Shown here piece after piece: positions 35,752-45,314 of a DNA stretch of 64,000 nucleotides. Each line of letters starts with the position of its first letter. The stretch's first letter is position 1. The DNA is taken from positions 32,001-96,000 of the forward strand of contig CAWGBN010000003.1 in assembly GCA_963820825.1 (NCBI GenBank), in the 5' to 3' direction. The DNA is from Vulcanimicrobiota bacterium. Lineage in GTDB: Bacteria; Vulcanimicrobiota; Vulcanimicrobiia; Vulcanimicrobiales; Vulcanimicrobiaceae. The notes under the pieces were generated by a model. The model had not been told where the DNA came from and ran no database searches. It worked only from the letters and a program-made list of their open reading frames with translations. The position numbers and the translations under genes were made by a program.

Positions 35752-38553
35752 TTACGACGGCTGCGGCTGTTCGCGCGGACCGTGCGATCGCGCCCCGTGC
35801 GCGGGCAGAGCCAGCGCGCCGGCGACGCCGGCCAGAATCGATAGGCCGATCCACGTCGGCAGGCGCAGCAGCCACATCGCCGGTCGGTTCGTCGAATCTC
35901 CGAGCACGAAGCTGCGCCAGCTCGCCTCGGCTAAACGCGGATCGATCGCCGCATAGACGTGCGGCGCCGCGGCGGCGTGCGGCGGCGATCCGGCTGCGAG
36001 GATAAAGAGCGCGACGATCGCGGCGAACGTGGCGACGGCCGTACCGAGGACTGCCGCGCGATCTCTCCGCCAGAGCGCGTAGGCGAGATATGCCGCCGGA
36101 AAAATCGGCGCGAGGAAGAGTGCCGCCGAGCTCGCCTCCATCCATGGAATCGCCAACAGGATCAAAGCGGCAAAGATCCAGCCGCGATACTCGGCGGCGC
36201 GCCCGTAGAGCACGAGCGCTGCCGGTACTGCCGCGGCGATCTCGCCGGTGTGCACGAACGTTCCGCCGAGCAGCGCGAACGCCGGCGGAACGAGCGCGAT
36301 CAATGCCGGTTCGGCGTAACGGCGCGCGAGCGCAAGCCCTGCAAAGACTCCAAGCGTGGTCATCACGCCATACGAGATTTCACCGAACAACACGGCCGGC
36401 GTATCGGAAAAGCCGAGTGCCGAAACGACGGTCGAGAGACTATATTGATTGTCGCGCGAGACCTCCGAGAGCGCGTGCGCGGGCAGGACCTGAGTAACGT
36501 ACGCGATCGTCTGCGCGATGCCGCCCGTTGCGATCGAGAGTACGGCGAGTGCGAGCAATCCGGCGAGTATCGGAACCCGGGCGCGAGCGTATCCGGCAAA
36601 GAGCGCGATGGCCGCGGGGAGCGCAAGATGCGGTTCGACCATCGCAACCACAATCGCCAACGCCGTGTACACCGGCCTGCCGGCTGACGCGAAGAACGCG
36701 GCGAGCACGAGTGCCGCAAGCGCGAACGGAAGCGCATTACCCGGCGAAAACGAGGTCAAACCCGCGCAGAGCGCGAGCGCCGCCCAAGCGACGAGCGGAG
36801 GAACGCGCGCGAAACGCGCCAGCGCGTAGGCCGCACCGAGCAGCGCGCATGCGAGGACGCACCACCATACGACGATCGCCGTTTGAAACGATGCGAAGGT
36901 CAATGGATAGAAGAGCGCCAGTGCGTAGGGCGGATAGGGCGCGGGAACGGTGACGTTCGCCGCCGCTCGATAGTACGGGGCCGCAACCGTACTCTCGCAC
37001 GCGTGAAGCGGCGCCGCCAAGTACGGATCTCCGCCCTCGCGCTGGATCAGTGCGGCGCAATAATACGCGCGCCCGTCTACGCCGAGCCACCCGGCATGCT
37101 CGTCTCCATAGACCTGCGCCGCAATTGGCACGAGCGTGCAGACGGCACCCAGCGCAATCGCAGGCGCGGCCGCGGCGAGTCGCAACCCGGCGGCTCTAGC
37201 GAGCAGCGCGAGCAGCGTTGCGAGAGCGACCCATGTCGGCAAGCGTAACATCCAGCCGGCGAGTACGTTCGTCGAGCCTCTCGCGGTGAAGTGACTCCAC
37301 GACGCTTCGGCGAGCCGCGGATCGATCGTTGGAGCAACGGCGTGCGCCGCCGCGTGCGGTGCGGCAGCGACGAGTTCGATCAATCCGAGCACGAGCGCCG
37401 CCGTGCCGACTCCCGCGACGAGCGCGTATCGGCCCTCCCGCGTATAACTCCAGGCAAGATACGCAACGGGTACGAGCGGCGCGACGATGAGTGCGGGTGA
37501 GATCGCCCAATCCCACGGCACGGCGAGCACGAGCAAAGCGGCGATCGCGAGCGCACGGTACGTTCGCGTGGAATACGCCACCAGCAGCGCCGCGGCCGGA
37601 AGCGCTGCGGCCATCTGGGTGATGTGAATGAACGTGCCCCCGAAAACGGCGAACGCCGGCGGAACGCAGGCAAGAAAGGCGGGGTTTCGCGTTCGCTTCG
37701 CCAAGGCACCGGCGACGAGCGCGCCGGCAACGAGCATCACCGCGTACCAGAGCGTGCCCGCGCGTACCGCCGATTGCGGCGAGAATCCGAGCGCCGCCAA
37801 GACGGCCGTCAGGCTATATTGCGTGTCGCGAGTCGCTTCGGAGAGAGCGTGTGCCGGCAGAACGCTGCTGAAGTACTCGAGGTTGACGCTCGGACCGAGC
37901 GCGACGAGCGAGAGCGCGCCCAAAACGGCGAACGCGAGTCCAAGCGTCATCCGCGTTGCGGGAAGCCATACCGCAAGCGCGACGCAGACCGGCAAGCCGA
38001 GATGGGGTTCGATCATCGCACCTGCAGCGGCAAGAGCCGCGGCTCGCGCACGCCCTTGGTAGGCGAAGTACCCGCAGAGCGCGATGCAGCCGAGTGCGAG
38101 CGGAACGATCTCCCCAAACGGCAGGCAGAGCGCGGCGAGCGCGAGCGCGAGAATGGCGAGCGCGGTCTCGCGCCTGAGGTCTGCAAATCGTGCGAGGCTA
38201 AGCACGCAAACGGCACACGCGAGCGCAAGCAGCGCGCTCCAAAGGACGGCGGCAACCGGGAAGGGCAGGCGCGCGAGCGGGACGAGCGCGGCAATCGAGT
38301 ATCCCGGCAGCGGCGCGGGAATCGCAATACCTGGATTCTTCTTAAAGAACGGGGTTATCCCCAGCGCCGTTTCGCACGAGCGCAGCGGCTCGACGTGGTA
38401 GGGATTCGCACCGGTGGACGCCACGCGCGCGGCGCAGTAAAAGGCGCGAAAATCGCCCATCAAAAAGCCGGTGCGGGTAACGACGCTCGTCTGAAGGCCC
38501 AGCGCGATTAGGGCTGCCAACAGGACGGCCGCGCCTTCCCAGCGGCGTCCCAT
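35752..38553 (-). CDS. Tandem double glycosyltransferase-87-like (GT-C) membrane protein
   Basis: Two homologous halves: DFRAFYCAA/DGRAYYCAA, EPHLGLP/EPHLALP, and VLPAHALSE and IDPRLAEASW each twice. Confidence 0.8.
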   Translation of the reverse strand: MGRRWEGAAVLLAALIALGLQTSVVTRTGFLMGDFRAFYCAARVASTGANPYHVEPLRSCETALGITPFFKKNPGIAIPAPLPGYSIAALVPLARLPFPVAAVLWSALLALACAVCVLSLARFADLRRETALAILALALAALCLPFGEIVPLALGCIALCGYFAYQGRARAAALAAAGAMIEPHLGLPVCVALAVWLPATRMTLGLAFAVLGALSLVALGPSVNLEYFSSVLPAHALSEATRDTQYSLTAVLAALGFSPQSAVRAGTLWYAVMLVAGALVAGALAKRTRNPAFLACVPPAFAVFGGTFIHITQMAAALPAAALLVAYSTRTYRALAIAALLVLAVPWDWAISPALIVAPLVPVAYLAWSYTREGRYALVAGVGTAALVLGLIELVAAAPHAAAHAVAPTIDPRLAEASWSHFTARGSTNVLAGWMLRLPTWVALATLLALLARAAGLRLAAAAPAIALGAVCTLVPIAAQVYGDEHAGWLGVDGRAYYCAALIQREGGDPYLAAPLHACESTVAAPYYRAAANVTVPAPYPPYALALFYPLTFASFQTAIVVWWCVLACALLGAAYALARFARVPPLVAWAALALCAGLTSFSPGNALPFALAALVLAAFFASAGRPVYTALAIVVAMVEPHLALPAAIALFAGYARARVPILAGLLALAVLSIATGGIAQTIAYVTQVLPAHALSEVSRDNQYSLSTVVSALGFSDTPAVLFGEISYGVMTTLGVFAGLALARRYAEPALIALVPPAFALLGGTFVHTGEIAAAVPAALVLYGRAAEYRGWIFAALILLAIPWMEASSAALFLAPIFPAAYLAYALWRRDRAAVLGTAVATFAAIVALFILAAGSPPHAAAAPHVYAAIDPRLAEASWRSFVLGDSTNRPAMWLLRLPTWIGLSILAGVAGALALPAHGARSHGPREQPQPS

Positions 38554-38557
38554 GAGA

Positions 38558-40039
38558 TTACGAGCCCGAGACGAGACGCAGGTTCGGCTTATCCGCGGCT
38601 TGATAATCAAGCGAAGCGACGATCTCGGCGATTCGCTCGAGGACCATGACGTGGCGCTGCTTCAGCGCCGCGTCGAGTGAGGCAACCCAGGATTCGTGCG
38701 CGTCGCCGATCAGCAGATCGCCGCGATAGACCCGTGCGGCGCTGCGATAGTGCGCGTAAGCCGCCCGCAGCTCGCCGCGTTCGTATTGCTCGTCGGCGTC
38801 GTTGGCATGCGAGACGAAGCGATTGACGTCGACGATTACGTTGTCGAGATCGATCGAAAGCTCTTCGCCCGCGCGGAAATAGGCTTCGACTTCCTTGAAG
38901 CCTACGATGTGGGCGATCGCTTTACGAATATTCGAACACGCCGTCCGCAGGCTCTGAGCGACGAGATGGCGTTCGGCGTCGGGCCAGAAGACTTGTCCGA
39001 CCTCCGCGCGCGAACACGTCCCATTCGGCTGGAGCGCAACGTACTTGAAGATCTGGCGGTCGCGGCGGCGCACCCACTCGATCGGCTGCTTATCGATTTC
39101 GGCGAGGAACCAGCCGAAGAGCCGCACTTGCATCGGCGTCACCGGTTGCGTGCGGCGGCCGTACCGGTCGTAGAGCCGGCTGCGCGATAGAGCGCGAAGC
39201 GGCCGGTAACCGTCGGGCGTATGGATGACGAAGAGCCCTTGCTCTTCGAGCGCCTGGAGCTGGGCTCGATCGTCGAGATACGAGCCGCTCATGAGCTTGA
39301 GCACGAGATCGGCCTCACGCTCGGCAACCTGCTTGAGCGATTCGGCGATAAACTCGTTGAAGAGATGTCCATGGCGCGTGCGCCAATGCTCGAAGGCCTG
39401 GGCGAGCGTCACGTTGTCCTCGGCGGCCTTGCGGAGCGCGCCGCTGACGACTTGCGGCCAGCCGTCGGTCGACTCGAGCATACGCAAGACGTCGGCATGC
39501 GTGAAGGGAACGCCGCAGGTCTCGGCTACGTGCCGGATTCCGGCCGCATCGAAGGCGAGCCGTTCGGCGTCGCAGAGCACCGCCGTCCCTTCCGAGACGA
39601 ACCGGCCGGCATGGAACGCCGAGCGCGAGCGGCAGGCGATCAGCAGTGAGACGTCCTCCGGAAGGTCTTCGATCAGGCTCAGGATCGCCTCGATGCCGGG
39701 GGCATCGGGAACGTCCTCACAGTCGATCGCGAGCTCGAGGGGAACGCGGGCGGCGAGCGCCCGGACCATCTCGTCCTGCGAGCCGAACTGGACCTCCAAT
39801 TGAAGAGCGCGAGCTACCGCGCTCCAGAACGTCTCCGGAGTCGCGTTCGCGGGGAGGGCGCAGTAGACGCCGTTGGTCGCGGCATGGCGCAAATATCCAA
39901 GAAGCGCCATCGTCTTACCGAAGCCGGGCGGTGCTACCAAAAACCGAACCGGAACGCTCCTAAAGCGTCCCAACCATTCTTCCAGGCCTTGTCGCCGGAC
40001 GATCGACGGCCCAAGGCGAGGCATCATCCCTGAGCTCAT
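38558..40039 (-). CDS. Compact MalT-like ATPase fused to a SARP/BTAD-type C-terminal regulator
   Basis: APPGFGKT Walker A, TDGWP; VRLFG, FWPD, DVNRF, YRGDLL. Confidence 0.8.
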   Translation of the reverse strand: MSSGMMPRLGPSIVRRQGLEEWLGRFRSVPVRFLVAPPGFGKTMALLGYLRHAATNGVYCALPANATPETFWSAVARALQLEVQFGSQDEMVRALAARVPLELAIDCEDVPDAPGIEAILSLIEDLPEDVSLLIACRSRSAFHAGRFVSEGTAVLCDAERLAFDAAGIRHVAETCGVPFTHADVLRMLESTDGWPQVVSGALRKAAEDNVTLAQAFEHWRTRHGHLFNEFIAESLKQVAEREADLVLKLMSGSYLDDRAQLQALEEQGLFVIHTPDGYRPLRALSRSRLYDRYGRRTQPVTPMQVRLFGWFLAEIDKQPIEWVRRRDRQIFKYVALQPNGTCSRAEVGQVFWPDAERHLVAQSLRTACSNIRKAIAHIVGFKEVEAYFRAGEELSIDLDNVIVDVNRFVSHANDADEQYERGELRAAYAHYRSAARVYRGDLLIGDAHESWVASLDAALKQRHVMVLERIAEIVASLDYQAADKPNLRLVSGS

Positions 40040-40082
40040 AACTTCCTAGGGGCGGTCAGTAAGCTGCCCCCTCTGTAGTACG

Positions 40083-40118
40083 AGTATACTATTTTAATCA
40101 TATCTTCGCAATATTGCG
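40083..40118 (-). promoter_or_regulatory. Sigma70-type promoter TTGCGA-N17-TATACT with palindrome CGCAATATTGCG over the -35
   Basis: -35 at 40106-40111 and -10 at 40083-40088 in an AT-rich patch upstream of the regulator; palindrome at 40107-40118. Confidence 0.6.
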
Positions 40119-41035
40119 GTTTCCGGAAAAGTCCCCAGGAGCGATCGGGCCAAGGGGTCGAGACGCCGGAAGCGCCAGCGCGCCTCGTAGTTGAGCTTCC
40201 GGACCAGGTTGCGGAGCTTGACCCCCAGGGGCTGGGCCCGGGCCAGGCGCTCGGTCAATTCGTGATGCGGACGCAGAGCGGCGCTCAAGCGTTCGACCAG
40301 CGGGCGGGCTGCTTCGGGCGGTTGCCCGGTAAACCGGAGCAGCCGGGGATAGACCGGCGCGTAGTACCGCACGACGTCGAAGGCGTCGAGCTCGTCCTCC
40401 CGCAGTACGTTTCCGGGCGCGCCGAGCGACGAATAGTGGCGTCCTTTCTCCGCGTGACGTCGCGGCTCGAGCGTGTGTCCGTAATGCGCGTAAAGGTACG
40501 GCAGAGCGACCCGCTTTCCGCCCAACCCGAGCAGCTGCTCGTGAACCGCACCCTCCCACCGGATGCCGGGCCGATAGCGGAAGAACATCATGCGTCGTTC
40601 GATCGACGTATAGTAATCGAAGGATCCGAAGAAATGCCAGGTGTAGCCGTCGACAAAATCATAGGCGGCGGGCACGTGTTCGAGATGCGCCGCGATGCGC
40701 CGGATCGCGGGTCCGTGCACCTCGTCGGCGTCGACGAAAGCGACCCATCGCGCGTCGCTGCGCTCGGCGTGCAAGCGCATGCAGACGTTACGCGCTGCAG
40801 AGAACGTCGTAAACGGGGTACGGTCGACGACGATCCTTCCCTCGCGCCCGAAGCGACTCTGCGCGAGCGTCGCCGCGTGCGGCGACGGGTTCGGAGCGTT
40901 ATCGTTGACGATCAACACCGATGCGGCATCGGCGATCGAATCCAGCATCGCACCCAAGAATGGTTCCTCGCGCGATCCAACGATCAAATGCGCCGCTACC
41001 ACTCCTTCGACAGGCTCGGGACCCTCGGTGAGCAT
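40094..41035 (-). CDS. GT2-like glycosyltransferase
   Basis: FSAARN, WVAFVDADE (DxD), WEGAVHE, HYGH. Confidence 0.8.
   Translation of the reverse strand: MLTEGPEPVEGVVAAHLIVGSREEPFLGAMLDSIADAASVLIVNDNAPNPSPHAATLAQSRFGREGRIVVDRTPFTTFSAARNVCMRLHAERSDARWVAFVDADEVHGPAIRRIAAHLEHVPAAYDFVDGYTWHFFGSFDYYTSIERRMMFFRYRPGIRWEGAVHEQLLGLGGKRVALPYLYAHYGHTLEPRRHAEKGRHYSSLGAPGNVLREDELDAFDVVRYYAPVYPRLLRFTGQPPEAARPLVERLSAALRPHHELTERLARAQPLGVKLRNLVRKLNYEARWRFRRLDPLARSLLGTFPETAILRRYD
41002..41023 (-). repeat. REP-like copy at the N-terminus of the GT2 gene (encodes GPEPVEG)
   Basis: Minus strand reads GGTCCCGAGCCTGTCGAAGGAG. Confidence 0.55.
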
Positions 41036-41067
41036 GACCGCATGGTTGCAAGTTCGAAGTCGGCGCG

Positions 41068-42120
41068 ATGCAGCCTCTAAGGCTCGCGGTCGACGCGCGC
41101 GTCATCGCCGAAGATACGCGCGGCATCGGACGCTACGCACGCGCCGTACTGCGGCGGCTCGCCCTGCGCGACGACGTCGCGCTGACGCTGCTGGCCGATC
41201 CGCCGTTTCCGCGGCGACGGCATAGCGCCTACGCGCGCGCACTCGGCAGCGAGTCATTCATCGTTCGCGGCCGCGCGAGCGGCGATCTCGACCTGATCTG
41301 GCATCCCGCGAACGGAACCTTCTTCTCGTCTCACCTGCCCAGCGTCGTGACGATTCACGATGCGGTTCCGTTTCGCTACCCCGATCCCGACCCCAAGCGG
41401 CGCGCCCACGCACAGGGCCCCTTTCTGCGCTCGGCCGGCAGCGCGTCGCGGGTGATCGCCGTCTCGCACTTCGGTCGCGGGGAACTGCACGAACTGCTCG
41501 CCATTCCGCTCGATAGAATCGACGTTATCGAGCACGGCGTCGACGAGTCGTTCACACCGGGCGCAGCGGAACCGCTGCCCATGCCGTTGCACGGGCGGCC
41601 TTTTCTGCTCTTCGTGGGCGACCCGACCGCCGAGCCGCGAAAGAACTTCGCGCTGCTCTACGATGCCTACCGGCGCGCCTGGCCGTCGGTCGACGGACCG
41701 GCGCTCGCCGTTGCCGGCGCGCGGGCTCCGGACCTTCCGGGCGTGATACACGCTGGGAACTTTGGCGACGATTTGAACGCGGCGGGAGACGATTCGCTGC
41801 GGGCGTGCTATCGCGGCGCGACCGCGCTGACGCTCGCCTCGTATCACGAAACCTTCGGGATGCCGATGCTCGAAGCGATGGCCTGCGGAACGCCGGTTAT
41901 TGCTTCGCGCGCGAGCTGCCTGCCCGAGATCGCGGGTGAGGCCGCGCTCTACGCGCCGCCGGACGATGCCCAGGCGTGGGCGGCCGCGTTGCGGAAAATC
42001 GTCGAGGATCGCGATCTGCGCGAGCATCTGCGCGTTGCCGGAATCGCGCGCGCGAAGCAGTTCACCTGGGACGAGAGCGTTCGGCGCCACGTCGCCGTCT
42101 TTCGTTCGGTTGCGCGATGA
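41068..42120 (+). CDS. GT4 glycosyltransferase
   Basis: GIGRY, TIHD, RKN, ETFGMPMLEAMACG. Confidence 0.92.
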   Translation: MQPLRLAVDARVIAEDTRGIGRYARAVLRRLALRDDVALTLLADPPFPRRRHSAYARALGSESFIVRGRASGDLDLIWHPANGTFFSSHLPSVVTIHDAVPFRYPDPDPKRRAHAQGPFLRSAGSASRVIAVSHFGRGELHELLAIPLDRIDVIEHGVDESFTPGAAEPLPMPLHGRPFLLFVGDPTAEPRKNFALLYDAYRRAWPSVDGPALAVAGARAPDLPGVIHAGNFGDDLNAAGDDSLRACYRGATALTLASYHETFGMPMLEAMACGTPVIASRASCLPEIAGEAALYAPPDDAQAWAAALRKIVEDRDLREHLRVAGIARAKQFTWDESVRRHVAVFRSVAR

Positions 42121-43151
42121 TTCGGCTCGGAGTGGACGCGTGGAATCTGCCGGGCGACCACCGCGGCATCGGACGCTACCTGCGCGAGATCTTGCGCCTC
42201 TGGTACGAGCGCGAACGAGCGCGCGTCGACGTGACGCTGATTGTTCCCGAATGGCACACCTGGACGGTCCGGAATCGCTACCAGCGCGAGCTCGAGGGCC
42301 GCAAGTATCGCATCGTCTCGCGTTCCCGGCATCGCCGGGCGAGGCTCGATGCGCTCTGGTTTCCCTTCAACGGCTGCAGCTGGACCAACTTTTCACTTCC
42401 GGCAACGGCAACGCTTCACGATGCCTCGAACTTCGTCGTTCCCGAATATCTCGGCGATGCCCAGCGGATCTTTCGCGCGGCCGCGCAGCGCTGCCGCGCG
42501 CTCGTGACCGATTCCCATTTCGCGCAGCGCGAGCTCGCGCGCGAGCTGCAGATCGCACCCGAGCGGCTCGTGCCGATCCCGCTGGGCGTTGCGCCGCCGC
42601 GCCCTCCCGTTTCGGTTTCGCTCGACGTCGCGGCGCTAAGACCGTACGTCCTCTATGTCGGAACGGCCGAACGGCGCAAGGGGTTCGATACGCTGCTCGA
42701 CGCGATGGCGCAGGTTGCGCGCGAGCGCCCCGATCTTCGGCTCGTCGTAACGACGCGGCTCGACCGATGGACGGTACCGCCCGGCGTGCGCGTCGTTGAG
42801 CTCGGTTACGTCGACGACGATTCCCTCGCGGCGCTCTATCGCGGCTGCGCGATGCTCGCGTTTCCGTCACGCTACGAGGGCTTCGGCCTGCCGGTGCTCG
42901 AGGCGATGAGTTACGGCGCGCCCGTCGTCGCGGCCGACGCATCGTCCGTGCCGGAGGCGGGCGGCGCTGCTGCGTGTTACGTGCCGTCGAGCAACCCCGG
43001 CGCGCTGGCCGCAGCGATTCTACGCGTCGCCGCAGACTCCGAATACGCTGCCGAGTTGCGGCGGCTCGGTCCGATTCACGCCGCCGAGTTTACGTGGGAG
43101 CGCACCGCCTCGCGAACGCTGACGGTTATCGAGGAGACGGTGGCGGGCTAG
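42117..43151 (+). CDS. GT4 glycosyltransferase
   Basis: ATGA overlap with the previous gene; GIGRY, RKG, EGFGLPVLEAM. Confidence 0.92.
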   Translation: MIRLGVDAWNLPGDHRGIGRYLREILRLWYERERARVDVTLIVPEWHTWTVRNRYQRELEGRKYRIVSRSRHRRARLDALWFPFNGCSWTNFSLPATATLHDASNFVVPEYLGDAQRIFRAAAQRCRALVTDSHFAQRELARELQIAPERLVPIPLGVAPPRPPVSVSLDVAALRPYVLYVGTAERRKGFDTLLDAMAQVARERPDLRLVVTTRLDRWTVPPGVRVVELGYVDDDSLAALYRGCAMLAFPSRYEGFGLPVLEAMSYGAPVVAADASSVPEAGGAAACYVPSSNPGALAAAILRVAADSEYAAELRRLGPIHAAEFTWERTASRTLTVIEETVAG

Positions 43152-43161
43152 GAGTATCGGC

Positions 43162-43626
43162 ATGATCCATCTTGCAACCGGAGTCGTGCTTCGAGAGGGC
43201 CTCTTGCTGCTCGTCTCGTCGCGATATCCGAATCACCCGGAGCCGCTTTGGAACTTACCCGGCGGGCGGCAACTACCCGGCGAGCTGCTGACGGAGACCG
43301 TCGTCCGCGAGGTGCTCGAAGAGACCGGCGTCGCGGTCGAGCCGCGCGAGATTGCGTACGTTAGCGAGAGTTACGACGGCAACGCGCATTATCTAAACGT
43401 GACGTTCGTGCTCGAGGTGGTTGGGGAGCCGGGTCAGGGTGTCGCGGCAGGCAACGATCACGTGGCGGAGGTTGCGTGGGTCCCGCTCGACGAGATCGCC
43501 CACCGAATGAAGATTGCGGTCGTACGCGAGCCGCTGCTTGCCTTTCTGCGGGAAGAATTACCGCAGCGCTACGCGGGCTATCACGAAGCCGGCGTCACGA
43601 TCGAGTGGCCCGCCGATTCGCGCTGA
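43162..43626 (+). CDS. NUDIX hydrolase
   Basis: PGGRQLPGE...REVLEETGV Nudix box. Confidence 0.9.
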   Translation: MIHLATGVVLREGLLLLVSSRYPNHPEPLWNLPGGRQLPGELLTETVVREVLEETGVAVEPREIAYVSESYDGNAHYLNVTFVLEVVGEPGQGVAAGNDHVAEVAWVPLDEIAHRMKIAVVREPLLAFLREELPQRYAGYHEAGVTIEWPADSR

Positions 43627-44167
43627 GTTCTGCCCAACGCAAACGGTCGAGCGAATGGGAGATGACGTCGACGGGCCGACCTTGAACCGTCGCCCCGCGC
43701 GGGAGCTTTCCTTGATCCGCGAAGCCGCTGCGGCGCAGCACGGCGCGCGACGAGAGGTTCTCCGGCAAGCAATAGGCGCGAATCTCGCGCAGCCGGGCGC
43801 GAGTGAAGCCTTCGTCGATCAGCGCCGCGACGGCCTCGCTGGCAATGCCTCGTCCGCGATGCGCGCGCACGACGCTGTAGCCGATCTCGGCGCTCGCGCG
43901 ATTCGACTCGGCAATCCGCAGCGAGACCCAACCGAGCGGCTCATCGCCTGGCTCGAGATAGTGCACGAGCCATTCGAAGCGCCCAACCGAGCCAGGGGCA
44001 AATCGTGTGGGACGTCCGCCGACGACGCGACGGAACTGCTCGCGCTCGACGTCGGGAAGGTCTTGATATTCGCGCAAATCGGGTTCTTGCAGCACGCGCC
44101 AGAGCAGGACGGCATTCGCCGTCGTGACCGGAACCAGCCGCAGACGCGCCGTGCGGATCGTCCTCAT
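43595..44167 (-). CDS. RimJ/RimL-type GNAT acetyltransferase
   Basis: TARLRL, AEIGY, GRGIASEA, NLSSRAVLRRSGF. Confidence 0.9.
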   Translation of the reverse strand: MRTIRTARLRLVPVTTANAVLLWRVLQEPDLREYQDLPDVEREQFRRVVGGRPTRFAPGSVGRFEWLVHYLEPGDEPLGWVSLRIAESNRASAEIGYSVVRAHRGRGIASEAVAALIDEGFTRARLREIRAYCLPENLSSRAVLRRSGFADQGKLPRGATVQGRPVDVISHSLDRLRWAELSANRRATRS

Positions 44168-44204
44168 CTTACCGCGTCATCACTAGACGCTTATACCACA
44201 GCGC

Positions 44205-44549
44205 GTGATGAGAGATGCGATGGATTTGGCGGCTGCGTATGCCGGGACCGCGCCGGCATGGGTCGATTTCACGGGCACGGTCGCATCGGCGCCGCACTTC
44301 TTCTTCGGCTCGCGCACGCACGCGATGCACGAGGCATTCGACGTTCAGAGCAGCGCCGGTCGTATCGAGATCGTCGACAACGTCGGGATCGCGCCGCGAT
44401 GTCCGGTTCGCTCCGGAGACACCGTCGAGATCCGCGGCGAGATGGTCCACGATCCGGGACGTCCGCCGGTCGTACACTGGACGCATCACGATCCGTGGCA
44501 CCACCATCCCGACGGCTTCATTCGCTTGCACGGGAAGTTGTACGCATAG
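44205..44549 (+). CDS. DUF3465-like small protein
   Basis: HEAF, GDTVEIRGE, VHWTHHDP...HPDG motifs; start uncertain. Confidence 0.7.
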   Translation: MMRDAMDLAAAYAGTAPAWVDFTGTVASAPHFFFGSRTHAMHEAFDVQSSAGRIEIVDNVGIAPRCPVRSGDTVEIRGEMVHDPGRPPVVHWTHHDPWHHHPDGFIRLHGKLYA

Positions 44550-45312
44550 GTGCGTGGGCTTCCATTTTCAATAGCTCGGGGATCGTGACGAAGCGATAGC
44601 CTTGACGCTTGAGCGCCTCGACGATTAAGCGCGTCGCCTCGACGTCGCCGCTGCGGTCGCAGAGCCGGCCAGGCGTGCGGAGGCGTGCACAGACGATGCC
44701 GCGATTGCCGTCGTGCAGGGTAATGATCGCACCGTCTCCGGCGTAGCGCAAGACGCGGGCGGCGATGACGCGCGGCGGCGGATTCTCCCAATCGTTGGCA
44801 AGCGGCACCGACCACATCACCGGCGTATAGCCGAGCTTACGAACCTCGTCGAGCACTAGCCAATCGCGGGCGCCGAAGGGTGGGCGCATGATCCGCGTGT
44901 GAAGGCCGGTTGCCGCGAAGATCGCCCGGTCGGTGCGTACCAGCGTGCGCCGCAGACTGCTGCCGTCGTCGAGCAGCAGGTGCTCGTGGGCCCACGTATG
45001 GTTGCCGACCGCGTCGCCGGCTTCGGATTCGTCGCGGACGACCGCCGGATAGGCCGCGACCGCGCGCCCGACGACGAAGAACGTCGCGTGCACGTGCTCG
45101 GCCTGCAGCACCGCGAGGATCTGTCCGGTGTACGGCGGGTTTGGGCCGTCGTCGTAGGTAAGCGCGACGACGCGTTCGTCCTTCGGTCCGCTGACCAGCG
45201 TCTTGCCGAAGAGCTGGCTCGTCGGATTCTCGAGGATCTTATACGCCTGAAAAGCCACGGCAGCGAACACCGCGAGCGCGACGGCGCTGCGGATAGCGAT
45301 GCGCCGAAGCAC
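44518..45312 (-). CDS. Polysaccharide deacetylase (CE4/NodB), membrane anchored
   Basis: LTYDDGP, ATFF, GNHTWAH, RPPFG, LHDG; N-terminal TM from GTG 45312. Confidence 0.92.
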   Translation of the reverse strand: MLRRIAIRSAVALAVFAAVAFQAYKILENPTSQLFGKTLVSGPKDERVVALTYDDGPNPPYTGQILAVLQAEHVHATFFVVGRAVAAYPAVVRDESEAGDAVGNHTWAHEHLLLDDGSSLRRTLVRTDRAIFAATGLHTRIMRPPFGARDWLVLDEVRKLGYTPVMWSVPLANDWENPPPRVIAARVLRYAGDGAIITLHDGNRGIVCARLRTPGRLCDRSGDVEATRLIVEALKRQGYRFVTIPELLKMEAHAPMRTTSRASE

Positions 45313-45314
45313 GC

